The notes beneath the pieces were generated by a model. The model was not told the DNA's origin, made no database searches, and saw nothing but the letters and a program-made list of their open reading frames with translations. Of a stretch of 64,000 bases of DNA, positions 40,301 through 54,456 are shown in pieces. The translations under genes and the position numbers were made by a program. Within the stretch, counting starts at the first letter, position 1. The number at the start of each line of letters is the position of its first letter. The stretch is from positions 21,390,001 through 21,454,000 of the forward strand of contig OZ059900.1 of NCBI GenBank assembly GCA_964057225.1. Reading direction: 5' to 3'. Source of the DNA: Auanema rhodensis. Taxonomy: Eukaryota > Animalia > Nematoda.

Positions 40301-43300
40301 ACACTATAAAAATACAAAAACACAGTATTTCCCATGAGAAATATTTTATTATGCTGGAAAACCAGTTTTTGGAAATTTCGCTGTAAACAAGGTTTTGACT
40401 TACGATTTCATGTGTTCAAACTCATGCAATGTCAATGAAACCTAGCTCAAAATTGTTTCTACAACGTCTTGTTCCACTTTCACGACAAAAAAACAGGGGT
40501 TAGAAAATTAAGGAAATTAGCATATTCTGAGGGCACGCCCCTTATGGCTAATATTGATTAAATCGATTTTTGTTCATATGAGTCGTCAAATGCAACGAAT
40601 TTCAGCGTGTTACATACTAAAATGAAGCATTTTACATGCTGAACACTAAAAAAATACAAAAACACAGTATTTCCCATGAGAAATAATTTATTATGCTGGA
40701 AAACCAGTTTTTGGAAATTTCGCTGTAAACAAGGTTTTGACTTACGATTTCATGTGTTCAAACTCATGCAATGTCAATGAAACCTAGCTCAAAATTGTTC
40801 CTACAACGTCTAGTTCCACTTTCACGACAAAAAAACAGGGGTTAGAAAATTAAGGAAATTAGCATATTCTGAGGGCACGCCCTTTATGGCTAATATTGAT
40901 TAAATCGATTTTTGTTCATATGAGTCGTCAAATGCAACGAATTTCAGCGTGTTACATACTAAAATGAAGCATTTTACATGCTGAACACTATAAAAATACA
41001 AAAACACAGTATTTCCCATGAGAAATATTTTATTATGCTGGAAAACCAGTTTTGGGAAATTTCGCTGTAAACAAGGTTTTGACTTACAATTTCATGTGTT
41101 CAAACTCATGCAATGTCAACGAAACCTAGCTCAAAATTGTTCCTACAACGTCTAATTCCACTTTCACGACAAAAAAACAGGGGTTAGAAAATTAAGGAAA
41201 TTAGCATATTCTGAGGGCACGCCCCTTATGGCTAATATTGATTAAATCGATTTTTGTTCATATGAGTTGTGAAATGCAACGAATTTCAGCGTGTTACATA
41301 CTAAAATGAAGCATTTTACATGCTGAACACTAGAAAAATACAAAAACACAGTATTTCCCATGAGAAATATTTTATTATGCTGGAAAACCAGTTTTGGGAA
41401 ATTTCGCTGTAAACAAGGTTTTGACTTACAATTTCATGTGTTCAAACTCATGCAATGTCAATGAAACCTAGCTCAAAATTGTTCCTACAACGTCTAATTC
41501 CACTTTCACGACAAAAAAACAGGGGTTAGAAAATTAAGGAAATTAGCATATTCTGAGGGCACGCCCCTTATGGCTAATATTGATTAAATCGATTTTTGTT
41601 CATATGAGTCGTGAAATGCAACGAATTTCAGCGTGTTACATACTAAAATGAAGCATTTTACATGCTGAACACTAGAAAAATACAAAAACACAGTATTTCC
41701 CATGAGAAATATTTTATTATGCTGGAAAACCAGTTTTTGGAAATTTCGCTGTAAACAAGGTTTTGACTTACGATTTCATGTGTTCAAACTCATGCAATGT
41801 CAATGAAACCTAGCTCAAAATTGTTCGTACAACGTCTAGTTCCACTTTCACGACAAAAAAACAGGGGTTAGAAAATTAAGGAAGTTAGCATATTCTGAGG
41901 GCACGCCCCTTATGGCTAATATTGATTAAATCGATTTTTGTTCATATGAGTAGTCAAATGCAACGAATTTTAGCGTGTTACATACTAAAATGAAGCATTT
42001 TACATGCTGAACACTAGAAAAATACAAAAACACAGTATTTCCCATGAGAAATATTTTATTATGCTGGAAAACCAGTTTTTGGAAATTTCGCTGTAAACAA
42101 GGTTTTGACTTACGATTTCATGTGTTCAAACTCATGCAATGTCAATGAAACCTAGCTCAAAATTGTTCGTACAACGTCTAGTTCCACTTTCACGACAAAA
42201 AAACAGGGGTTAGAAAATTTAGGAAATTAGCATATTCTGAGGGCACGCCCCTTATGGCTAATATTGATTAAATCGATTTTGGTTCATATGAGTCGTCAAA
42301 TGCAACGAATTTCAGCGTGTTACATACTAAAATGAAGCATTTTACATGCTGAACACTAGAAAAATACAAAAACACAGTTTTACCCATGAGAAATATTTTA
42401 TTATGCTGGAAAACCAGTTTTTGGAAATTTCGCTGTAAACAAGGTTTTGACTTACGATTTCATGTGTTCAAACTCATGCAATGTCAATGAAACCTAGCTC
42501 AAAATTGTTCGTACAACGTCTAGTTCCACTTTCACGACAAAAAAACAGGGGTTAGAAAATTTAGGAAATTAGCATATTCTGAGGGCACGCCCCTTATGGC
42601 TAATATTGATTAAATCGATTTTTGTTCATATGAGTCGTCAAATGCAACGAATTTCAGCGTGTTACATACTAAAATGAAGTATTTTACATGCTGAACACTA
42701 GAAAAATACAAAAACACAGTATTTCCCATGAGAAATATTTTATTATGCTGGAAAACCAGTTTTTAGAAATTTCGCTGTAAACAAGGTTTTGACTTACGAT
42801 TTCATGTGTTCAAACTCATGCAATGTCAATGAAACCTTGCTCAAAATTGTTCCTACAACGTCTAGTTCCACTTTCACGACAAAAAAACAGGGGTTAGAAA
42901 ATTAAGGAAATTAGCATATTCTGAGGGCACGCCCCTTATGGCTAATATTGATTAAATCGATTTTTGTTCATATGAGTCGTCAAATGAAACGAATTTCAGG
43001 GTGTTACATACTAAAATGAAGCATTTTACATGCTGAACACTATAAAAATACAAAAACACAGTATTTCCCATGAGAAATATTTTATTATGCTGGAAAACCA
43101 GTTTTTGGAAAGTTCGCTGTAAACAAGGTTTTGACTTACGATTTCATGTGTTCAAACTCATGCAATGTCAATGAAACCTTGCTCAAAATTGTTTCTACAA
43201 CGTCTAGTTCCACTTTCACGACAAAAAAACAGGGGTTAGAAAATTAAGGAAATTAGCATATTCTGAGGGCACGCCCCTTATGGCTAATATTGATTAAATC

Positions 43301-46300
43301 GATTTTTGTTCATATGAGTCGTCAAATGAAACGAATTTCAGGGTGTTACATACTAAAATGAAGCATTTTACATGCTGAACACTATAAAAATACAAAAACT
43401 TAGTATTTCCCATGAGAAATATTTTATTATGCTGGAAAACCAGTTTTTGGAAAGTTCGCTGTAAACAAGGTTTTGACTTACGATTTCATGTGTTCAAACT
43501 CATGCAATGTCAATGAAACCTAGCTCAAAATTGTTCCTACAACGTCTTATTCCACTTTCACGACAAAAAAACAGGGGTTAGAAAATTAAGGAAATTAGCA
43601 TATTCTGAGGGCACGCCCCTTATGGCTAATATTGATTAAATCGATTTTTGTTCATATGAGTCGTCAAATGCAACGAATTTCAGCGTGTTACATACTAAAA
43701 TGAAGTATTTTACATGCTGAACACTAGAAAAATACAAAAACACAGTATTTCCCATGAGAAATATTTTATTATGCTGGAAAACCAGTTTTTGGAAATTTCG
43801 CTGTAAACAAGGTTTTGACTTACGATTTCATGTGTTCAAACTCATGCAATGTCAATGAAACCTTGCTCAAAATTGTTCCTACAACGTCTAGTTCCACTTT
43901 CACGACAAAAAAACAGGGGTTAGAAAATTAAGGAAATTAGCATATTCTGAGGGCACGCCCCTTATGGCTAATATTGATTAAATCGATTTTTGTTCATATG
44001 AGTCGTCAAATGAAACGAATTTCAGGGTGTTACATACTAAAATGAAGCATTTTACATGCTGAACACTATAAAAATACAAAAACACAGTATTTCCCATGAG
44101 AAATATTTTATTATGCTGGAAAACCAGTTTTTGGAAAGTTCGCTGTAAACAAGGTTTTGACTTACGATTTCATGTGTTCAAACTCATGCAATGTCAATGA
44201 AACCTTGCTCAAAATTGTTTCTACAACGTCTAGTTCCACTTTCACGACAAAAAAACAGGGGTTAGAAAATTAAGGAAATTAGCATATTCTGAGGGCACGC
44301 CCCTTATGGCTAATATTGATTAAATCGATTTTTGTTCTTATGAGTCGTCAAATGAAACGAATTTCAGGGTGTTACATACTAAAATGAAGCATTTTACATG
44401 CTGAACACTATAAAAATACAAAAACTTAGTATTTCCCATGAGAAATATTTTATTATGCTGGAAAACCAGTTTTTGGAAAGTTCGCTGTAAACAAGGTTTT
44501 GACTTACGATTTCATGTGTTCAAACTCATGCAATGTCAATGAAACCTAGCTCAAAATTGTTCCTACAACGTCTTATTCCACTTTCACGACAAAAAAACAG
44601 GGGTTAGAAAATTAAGGAAATTAGCATATTCTGAGGGCACGCCCCTTATGGCTAATATTGATTAAATCGATTTTTGTTCATATGAGTCGTCAAATGCAAC
44701 GAATTTCAGCGTGTTACATACTTAAATGAAGTATTTTACATGCTGAACACTAGAAAAATACAAAAACACAGTATTTCCCATGAGAAATATTTTATTATGC
44801 TGGAAAACCAGTTTTTGGAAATTTCGCTGTAAACAAGGTTTTGACTTACGATTTCATGTGTTCAAACTCATGCAATGTCAATGAAACCTAGCTCAAAATT
44901 GTTCCTACAACGTCTAGTTCCACTTTCACGACAAAAAACAGGGGTTAGAAAATTAAGGAAATTAGCATATTCTGAGGGCACGCCCCTTATGGCTTATATT
45001 GATTAAATCGATTTTTGTTCATATGAGTCGTCAAATGCAACGAATTTCAGCGTGTTACATACTAAAATGGAGTATTTTACATGCTGAACACTATAAAAAT
45101 ACAAAAACACAGTATTTCCCATGAGAAATATTTTATTATGCTGGAAAACCAGTTTTTGGAAATTTCGCTGTAAACAAGGTTTTGACTTACGATTTCATGT
45201 GTTCAAACTCATGCAATGTCAATGAAACCTAGCTCAAAATTGTTTCTACAACGTCTTGTTCCACTTTCACGACAAAAAAACAGGGGTTAGAAAATTAAGG
45301 AAATTAGCATATTCTGAGGGCACGCCCCTTATGGCTAATATTGATTAAATCGATTTTTGTTCATATGAGTCGTCAAATGCAACGAATTTCAGCGTGTTAC
45401 ATACTAAAATGAAGCATTTTACATGCTGAACACTAAAAAAATACAAAAACACAGTATTTCCCATGAGAAATAATTTATTATGCTGGAAAACCAGTTTTTG
45501 GAAATTTCGCTGTAAACAAGGTTTTGACTTACGATTTCATGTGTTCAAACTCATGCAATGTCAATGAAACCTAGCTCAAAATTGTTCCTACAACGTCTAG
45601 TTCCACTTTCACGACAAAAAAACAGGGGTTAGAAAATTAAGGAAATTAGCATATTCTGAGGGCACGCCCTTTATGGCTAATATTGATTAAATCGATTTTT
45701 GTTCATATGAGTCGTCAAATGCAACGAATTTCAGCGTGTTACATACTAAAATGAAGCATTTTACATGCTGAACACTATAAAAATACAAAAACACAGTATT
45801 TCCCATGAGAAATATTTTATTATGCTGGAAAACCAGTTTTGGGAAATTTCGCTGTAAACAAGGTTTTGACTTACAATTTCATGTGTTCAAACTCATGCAA
45901 TGTCAACGAAACCTAGCTCAAAATTGTTCCTACAACGTCTAATTCCACTTTCACGACAAAAAAACAGGGGTTAGAAAATTAAGGAAATTAGCATATTCTG
46001 AGGGCACGCCCCTTATGGCTAATATTGATTAAATCGATTTTTGTTCATATGAGTTGTGAAATGCAACGAATTTCAGCGTGTTACATACTAAAATGAAGCA
46101 TTTTACATGCTGAACACTAGAAAAATACAAAAACACAGTATTTCCCATGAGAAATATTTTATTATGCTGGAAAACCAGTTTTGGGAAATTTCGCTGTAAA
46201 CAAGGTTTTGACTTACAATTTCATGTGTTCAAACTCATGCAATGTCAATGAAACCTAGCTCAAAATTGTTCCTACAACGTCTAATTCCACTTTCACGACA

Positions 46301-46936
46301 AAAAAACAGGGGTTAGAAAATTAAGGAAATTAGCATATTCTGAGGGCACGCCCCTTATGGCTAATATTGATTAAATCGATTTTTGTTCATATGAGTCGTG
46401 AAATGCAACGAATTTCAGCGTGTTACATACTAAAATGAAGCATTTTACATGCTGAACACTAGAAAAATACAAAAACACAGTATTTCCCATGAGAAATATT
46501 TTATTATGCTGGAAAACCAGTTTTTGGAAATTTCGCTGTAAACAAGGTTTTGACTTACGATTTCATGTGTTCAAACTCATGCAATGTCAATGAAACCTAG
46601 CTCAAAATTGTTCGTACAACGTCTAGTTCCACTTTCACGACAAAAAAACAGGGGTTAGAAAATTAAGGAAGTTAGCATATTCTGAGGGCACGCCCCTTAT
46701 GGCTAATATTGATTAAATCGATTTTTGTTCATATGAGTAGTCAAATGCAACGAATTTTAGCGTGTTACATACTAAAATGAAGCATTTTACATGCTGAACA
46801 CTAGAAAAATACAAAAACACAGTATTTCCCATGAGAAATATTTTATTATGCTGGAAAACCAGTTTTTGGAAATTTCGCTGTAAACAAGGTTTTGACTTAC
46901 GATTTCATGTGTTCAAACTCATGCAATGTCAATGAA
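37363..46936 (+). repeat. 14-mer tandem duplication, 4,787 bp x2, each copy containing a nested trimer duplication
   Basis: Private variants cagttttacc, tttagaaa, acttagt, tcttatt and acttaaat recur at a 4,787-bp offset (monomers at 37363 and 42150). Confidence 0.88.
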
Positions 46937-49900
46937 ACCTAGCTCAAAATTGTTCGTACAACGTCTAGTTCCACTTTCACGACAAAAAAACAGGGGTTAG
47001 AAAATTAAGGAAGTTAGCATATTCTGAGGGCACGCCCCTTATGGCTAATATTGATTAAATCGATTTTTGTTCATATGAGTAGTCAAATGCAACGAATTTT
47101 AGCGTGTTACATACTAAAATGAAGCATTTTACATGCTGAACACTAGAAAAATACAAAAACACAGTATTTCCCATGAGAAATATTTTATTATGCTGGAAAA
47201 CCAGTTTTTGGAAATTTCGCTGTAAACAAGGTTTCGACTTACGATTTCATGTGTTCAAACTCATGCAATGTCAATGAAACCTAGCTCAAAATTGTTTCTA
47301 CAACGTCTAGTTCCACTTTCACGACAAAAAACAGGGGTTAGAAAATTAAGGAAATTAGCATATTCTGAGGGCACGCCCCTTATGGCTAATATTGATTAAA
47401 TCGATTTTTGTTCATATGAGTCGTCAAATGCAACGAATTTCAGCGTGTTACATACTAAAATGAAGCATTTTACATGCTGAACACTAGAAAAATACAAAAA
47501 CACAGTATTTCCCATGAGAAATATTTTATTATGCTGGAAAACCAGTTTTTGGAAATTTCGCTGTAAACAAGGTTTTGACTTACGATTTCATGTGTTCAAA
47601 CTCATGCAATGTCAATGAAACCTAGCTCAAAATTGTTCGTACAACGTCTAATTCCACTTTCACGACAAAAAAACAGGGGTTAGAAAATTAAGGAAATTAG
47701 CATATTCTGAGGGCACGCCCCTTATGGCTAATATTGATTAAATCGATTTTTGTTCATATGAGTCGTCAAATGCAACGAATTTCAGCGTGTTACATACTAA
47801 AATGAAGCATTTTACATGCTGAACACTAGAAAAATACAAAAACACAGTATTTCCCATGAGAAATATTTTATTATGCTGGAAAACCAGTTTTTGGAAATTT
47901 CGCTGTAAACAAGGTTTTGACTTACGATTTCATGTGTTCAAACTCATGCAATGTCAATGAAACCTAGCTCAAAATTGTTCCTACAACGTCTAGTTCCACT
48001 TTCACGACAAAAAAACAGGGGTTAGAAAATTAAGGAAATTAGCATATTCTGAGGGCACGCCCCTTATGGCTAATATTGATTAAATCGATTTTTGTTCATA
48101 TGAGTCGTCAAATGCAACGAATTTCAGCGTGTTACATACTAAAATGAAGCATTTTACATGCTTAACACTAGAAAAATACAAAAACACAGTATTTCCCATG
48201 AGAAATATTTTATTATGCTGGAAAACCAGTTTTTGGAAATTTCGCTGTAAACAAGGTTTCGACTTACGATTTCATGTGTTCAAACTCATGCAATGTCAAT
48301 GAAACCTAGCTCAAAATTGTTTCTACAACGTCTAGTTCCACTTTCACGACAAAAAAACAGGGGTTAGAAAATTAAGGAAATTAGCATATTCTGAGGGCAC
48401 GCCCCTTATGGCTAATATTGATTAAATCGATTTTTGTTCATATGAGTCGTCAAATGCAACGAATTTCAGCGTGTTACATACTAAAATGAAGCATTTTACA
48501 TGCTGAACACTAGAAAAATACAAAAACACAGTATTTCCCATGAGAAATATTTTATTATGCTGGAAAACCAGTTTTTGGAAATTTCGCTGCAAACAAGGTT
48601 TTGACTTACGATTTCATGTGTTCAAACTCATGCAATGTCAATGAAACCTAGCTCAAAATTGTTCGTACAACGTCTAATTCCACTTTCACGACAAAAGAAC
48701 AGGGGTTAGAAAATTAAGGAAATTAGCATATTCTGAGGGCACGCCCCTTATGGCTAATATTGATTAAATCGATTTTTGTTCATATGAGTCGTCAAATGCA
48801 ACGAATTTCAGCGTGTTACATACTAAAATGAAGCATTTTACATGCTGAACACTAGAAAAATACAAAAACACAGTATTTCCCATGAGAAATATTTTATTAT
48901 GCTGGAAAACCAGTTTTTGGAAATTTCGCTGTAAACAAGGTTTTGACTTACGATTTCATGTGTTCAAACTCATGCAATGTCAATGAAACCTAGCTCAAAA
49001 TTGTTCGTACAACGTCTAGTTCCACTTTCACGACAAAAAAACAGGGGTTAGAAAATTAAGGAAATTAGCATATTCTGAGGGCACGCCCCTTATGGCTAAT
49101 ATTGATTAAATCGATTTTTGTTCATATGAGTCGTCAAATGCAACAAATTTCAGCGTGTTACATACTAAAATGAAGCATTTTACAAGCTGAACACTAGAAA
49201 AATACAAAAACACAGTTTTTCCCATGAGAAATATTTTATTATGCTGGAAAACCAGTTTTTGGAAATTTCGCTGTAAACAAGGTTTTGACTTACGATTTCA
49301 TGTGTTCAAACTCATGCAATGTCAATGAAACCTAGCTCAAAATTGTTCGTACAACGTCTAGTTCCACTTTCACGACAAAAAAACAGGGGTTAGAAAATTA
49401 AGGAAATTAGCATATTCTGAGGGCACGCCCCTTATGGCTAATATTGATTAAATCGATTTTTGTTCATATGAGTCGTCAAATGCAACAAATTTCAGCGTGT
49501 TACATACTAAAATGAAGCATTTTACAAGCTGAACACTAGAAAAATACAAAAACACAGTTTTTCCCATGAGAAATATTTTATTATGCTGGAAACCAGTTTT
49601 TGGAATTTTCGCTGTAAACAAGGTTTTGACTTACGATTTCATGTGTTCAAACTCATGCAATGTCAATGAAACCTAGCTCAAAATTGTTCGTACAACGTCT
49701 AGTTCCACTTTCACGACAAAAAAACAGGGGTTAGAAAATTTAGGAAATTAGCATATTCTGAGGGCACGCCCCTTATGGCTAATATTGATTAAATCGATTT
49801 TGGTTCATATGAGTCGTCAAATGCAACGAATTTCAGCGTGTTACATACTAAAATGAAGCATTTTACATGCTGAACACTAGAAAAATACAAAACACAGTTT

Positions 49901-52900
49901 TTCCCATGAGAAATATTTTATTATGCTGGAAAACCAGTTTTTGGAAATTTCGCTGTAAACAAGGTTTTGACTTACGATTTCATGTGTTCAAACTCATGCA
50001 ATGTCAATGAAACCTAGCTCAAAATTGTTCGTACAACGTCTAGTTCCACTTTCACGACAAAAAAACAGGGGTTAGAAAATTTAGGAAATTAGCATATTCT
50101 GAGGGCACGCCCCTTATGGCTAATATTGATTAAATCGATTTTTGTTCATATGAGTCGTCAAAAGCAACGAATTTCAGCGTGTTACATACTAAAATGAAGT
50201 ATTTTACATGCTGAACACTAGAAAAATACAAAAACACAGTATTTCCCATGAGAAATATTTTATTATGCTGGAAAACCAGTTTTTGGAAATTTCGCTGTAA
50301 ACAAGGTTTTGACTTACGATTTCATGTGTTCAAACTCATGCAATGTCAATGAAACCTTGCTCAAAATTGTTCCTACAACGTCTAGTTCCACTTTCACGAC
50401 AAAAAAACAGGGGTTAGAAAATTAAGGAAATTAGCATATTCTGAGGGCACGCCCCTTATGGCTAATATTGATTAAATCGATTTTTGTTCATATGAGTCGT
50501 CAAATGAAACGAATTTCAGGGTGTTACATACTAAAATGAAGCATTTTACATGCTGAACACTAAAAAAATACAAAAACACAGTATTTCCCATGAGAAATAA
50601 TTTATTATGCTGGAAAACCAGTTTTTGGAAATTTCGCTGTAAACAAGGTTTTGACTTACGATTTCATGTGTTCAAACTCATGCAATGTCAATGAAACCTA
50701 GCTCAAAATTGTTCCTACAACGTCTAGTTCCACTTTCACGACAAAAAAACAGGGGTTAGAAAATTAAGGAAATTAGCATATTCTGAGGGCACGCCCTTTA
50801 TGGCTAATATTGATTAAATCGATTTTTGTTCATATGAGTCGTCAAATGCAACGAATTTCAGCGTGTTACATACTAAAATGAAGCATTTTACATGCTGAAC
50901 ACTAAAAAAATACAAAAACACAGTATTTCCCATGAGAAATAATTTATTATGCTGGAAAACCAGTTTTTGGAAATTTCGCTGTAAACAAGGTTTTGACTTA
51001 CGATTTCATGTGTTCAAACTCATGCAATGTCAATGAAACCTAGCTCAAAATTGTTCCTACAACGTCTAGTTCCACTTTCACGACAAAAAAACAGGGGTTA
51101 GAAAATTAAGGAAATTAGCATATTCTGAGGGCACGCCCTTTATGGCTAATATTGATTAAATCGATTTTTGTTCATATGAGTCGTCAAATGCAACGAATTT
51201 CAGCGTGTTACATACTAAAATGAAGCATTTTACATGCTGAACACTATAAAAATACAAAAACACAGTATTTCCCATGAGAAATATTTTATTATGCTGGAAA
51301 ACCAGTTTTGGGAAATTTCGCTGTAAACAAGGTTTTGACTTACAATTTCATGTGTTCAAACTCATGCAATGTCAACGAAACCTAGCTCAAAATTGTTCCT
51401 ACAACGTCTAATTCCACTTTCACGACAAAAAAACAGGGGTTAGAAAATTAAGGAAATTAGCATATTCTGAGGGCACGCCCCTTATGGCTAATATTGATTA
51501 AATCGATTTTTGTTCATATGAGTTGTGAAATGCAACGAATTTCAGCGTGTTACATACTAAAATGAAGCATTTTACATGCTGAACACTAGAAAAATACAAA
51601 AACACAGTATTTCCCATGAGAAATATTTTATTATGCTGGAAAACCAGTTTTGGGAAATTTCGCTGTAAACAAGGTTTTGACTTACAATTTCATGTGTTCA
51701 AACTCATGCAATGTCAATGAAACCTAGCTCAAAATTGTTCCTACAACGTCTAATTCCACTTTCACGACAAAAAAACAGGGGTTAGAAAATTAAGGAAATT
51801 AGCATATTCTGAGGGCACGCCCCTTATGGCTAATATTGATTAAATCGATTTTTGTTCATATGAGTCGTGAAATGCAACGAATTTCAGCGTGTTACATACT
51901 AAAATGAAGCATTTTACATGCTGAACACTAGAAAAATACAAAAACACAGTATTTCCCATGAGAAATATTTTATTATGCTGGAAAACCAGTTTTTGGAAAT
52001 TTCGCTGTAAACAAGGTTTTGACTTACGATTTCATGTGTTCAAACTCATGCAATGTCAATGAAACCTAGCTCAAAATTGTTCGTACAACGTCTAGTTCCA
52101 CTTTCACGACAAAAAAACAGGGGTTAGAAAATTAAGGAAGTTAGCATATTCTGAGGGCACGCCCCTTATGGCTAATATTGATTAAATCGATTTTTGTTCA
52201 TATGAGTAGTCAAATGCAACGAATTTTAGCGTGTTACATACTAAAATGAAGCATTTTACATGCTGAACACTAGAAAAATACAAAAACACAGTATTTCCCA
52301 TGAGAAATATTTTATTATGCTGGAAAACCAGTTTTTGGAAATTTCGCTGTAAACAAGGTTTTGACTTACGATTTCATGTGTTCAAACTCATGCAATGTCA
52401 ATGAAACCTAGCTCAAAATTGTTCGTACAACGTCTAGTTCCACTTTCACGACAAAAAAACAGGGGTTAGAAAATTAAGGAAGTTAGCATATTCTGAGGGC
52501 ACGCCCCTTATGGCTAATATTGATTAAATCGATTTTTGTTCATATGAGTAGTCAAATGCAACGAATTTTAGCGTGTTACATACTAAAATGAAGCATTTTA
52601 CATGCTGAACACTAGAAAAATACAAAAACACAGTATTTCCCATGAGAAATATTTTATTATGCTGGAAAACCAGTTTTTGGAAATTTCGCTGTAAACAAGG
52701 TTTCGACTTACGATTTCATGTGTTCAAACTCATGCAATGTCAATGAAACCTAGCTCAAAATTGTTTCTACAACGTCTAGTTCCACTTTCACGACAAAAAA
52801 CAGGGGTTAGAAAATTAAGGAAATTAGCATATTCTGAGGGCACGCCCCTTATGGCTAATATTGATTAAATCGATTTTTGTTCATATGAGTCGTCAAATGC

Positions 52901-54456
52901 AACGAATTTCAGCGTGTTACATACTAAAATGAAGCATTTTACATGCTGAACACTAGAAAAATACAAAAACACAGTATTTCCCATGAGAAATATTTTATTA
53001 TGCTGGAAAACCAGTTTTTGGAAATTTCGCTGTAAACAAGGTTTTGACTTACGATTTCATGTGTTCAAACTCATGCAATGTCAATGAAACCTAGCTCAAA
53101 ATTGTTCGTACAACGTCTAATTCCACTTTCACGACAAAAAAACAGGGGTTAGAAAATTAAGGAAATTAGCATATTCTGAGGGCACGCCCCTTATGGCTAA
53201 TATTGATTAAATCGATTTTTGTTCATATGAGTCGTCAAATGCAACGAATTTCAGCGTGTTACATACTAAAATGAAGCATTTTACATGCTGAACACTAGAA
53301 AAATACAAAAACACAGTATTTCCCATGAGAAATATTTTATTATGCTGGAAAACCAGTTTTTGGAAATTTCGCTGTAAACAAGGTTTTGACTTACGATTTC
53401 ATGTGTTCAAACTCATGCAATGTCAATGAAACCTAGCTCAAAATTGTTCCTACAACGTCTAGTTCCACTTTCACGACAAAAAAACAGGGGTTAGAAAATT
53501 AAGGAAATTAGCATATTCTGAGGGCACGCCCCTTATGGCTAATATTGATTAAATCGATTTTTGTTCATATGAGTCGTCAAATGCAACGAATTTCAGCGTG
53601 TTACATACTAAAATGAAGCATTTTACATGCTTAACACTAGAAAAATACAAAAACACAGTATTTCCCATGAGAAATATTTTATTATGCTGGAAAACCAGTT
53701 TTTGGAAATTTCGCTGTAAACAAGGTTTCGACTTACGATTTCATGTGTTCAAACTCATGCAATGTCAATGAAACCTAGCTCAAAATTGTTTCTACAACGT
53801 CTAGTTCCACTTTCACGACAAAAAAACAGGGGTTAGAAAATTAAGGAAATTAGCATATTCTGAGGGCACGCCCCTTATGGCTAATATTGATTAAATCGAT
53901 TTTTGTTCATATGAGTCGTCAAATGCAACGAATTTCAGCGTGTTACATACTAAAATGAAGCATTTTACATGCTTAACACTAGAAAAATACAAAAACACAG
54001 TATTTCCCATGAGAAATATTTTATTATGCTGGAAAACCAGTTTTTGGAAATTTCGCTGTAAACAAGGTTTCGACTTACGATTTCATGTGTTCAAACTCAT
54101 GCAATGTCAATGAAACCTAGCTCAAAATTGTTTCTACAACGTCTAGTTCCACTTTCACGACAAAAAAACAGGGGTTAGAAAATTAAGGAAATTAGCATAT
54201 TCTGAGGGCACGCCCCTTATGGCTAATATTGATTAAATCGATTTTTGTTCATATGAGTCGTCAAATGCAACGAATTTCAGCGTGTTACATACTAAAATGA
54301 AGCATTTTACATGCTGAACACTAGAAAAATACAAAAACACAGTATTTCCCATGAGAAATATTTTATTATGCTGGAAAACCAGTTTTTGGAAATTTCGCTG
54401 CAAACAAGGTTTTGACTTACGATTTCATGTGTTCAAACTCATGCAATGTCAATGAA

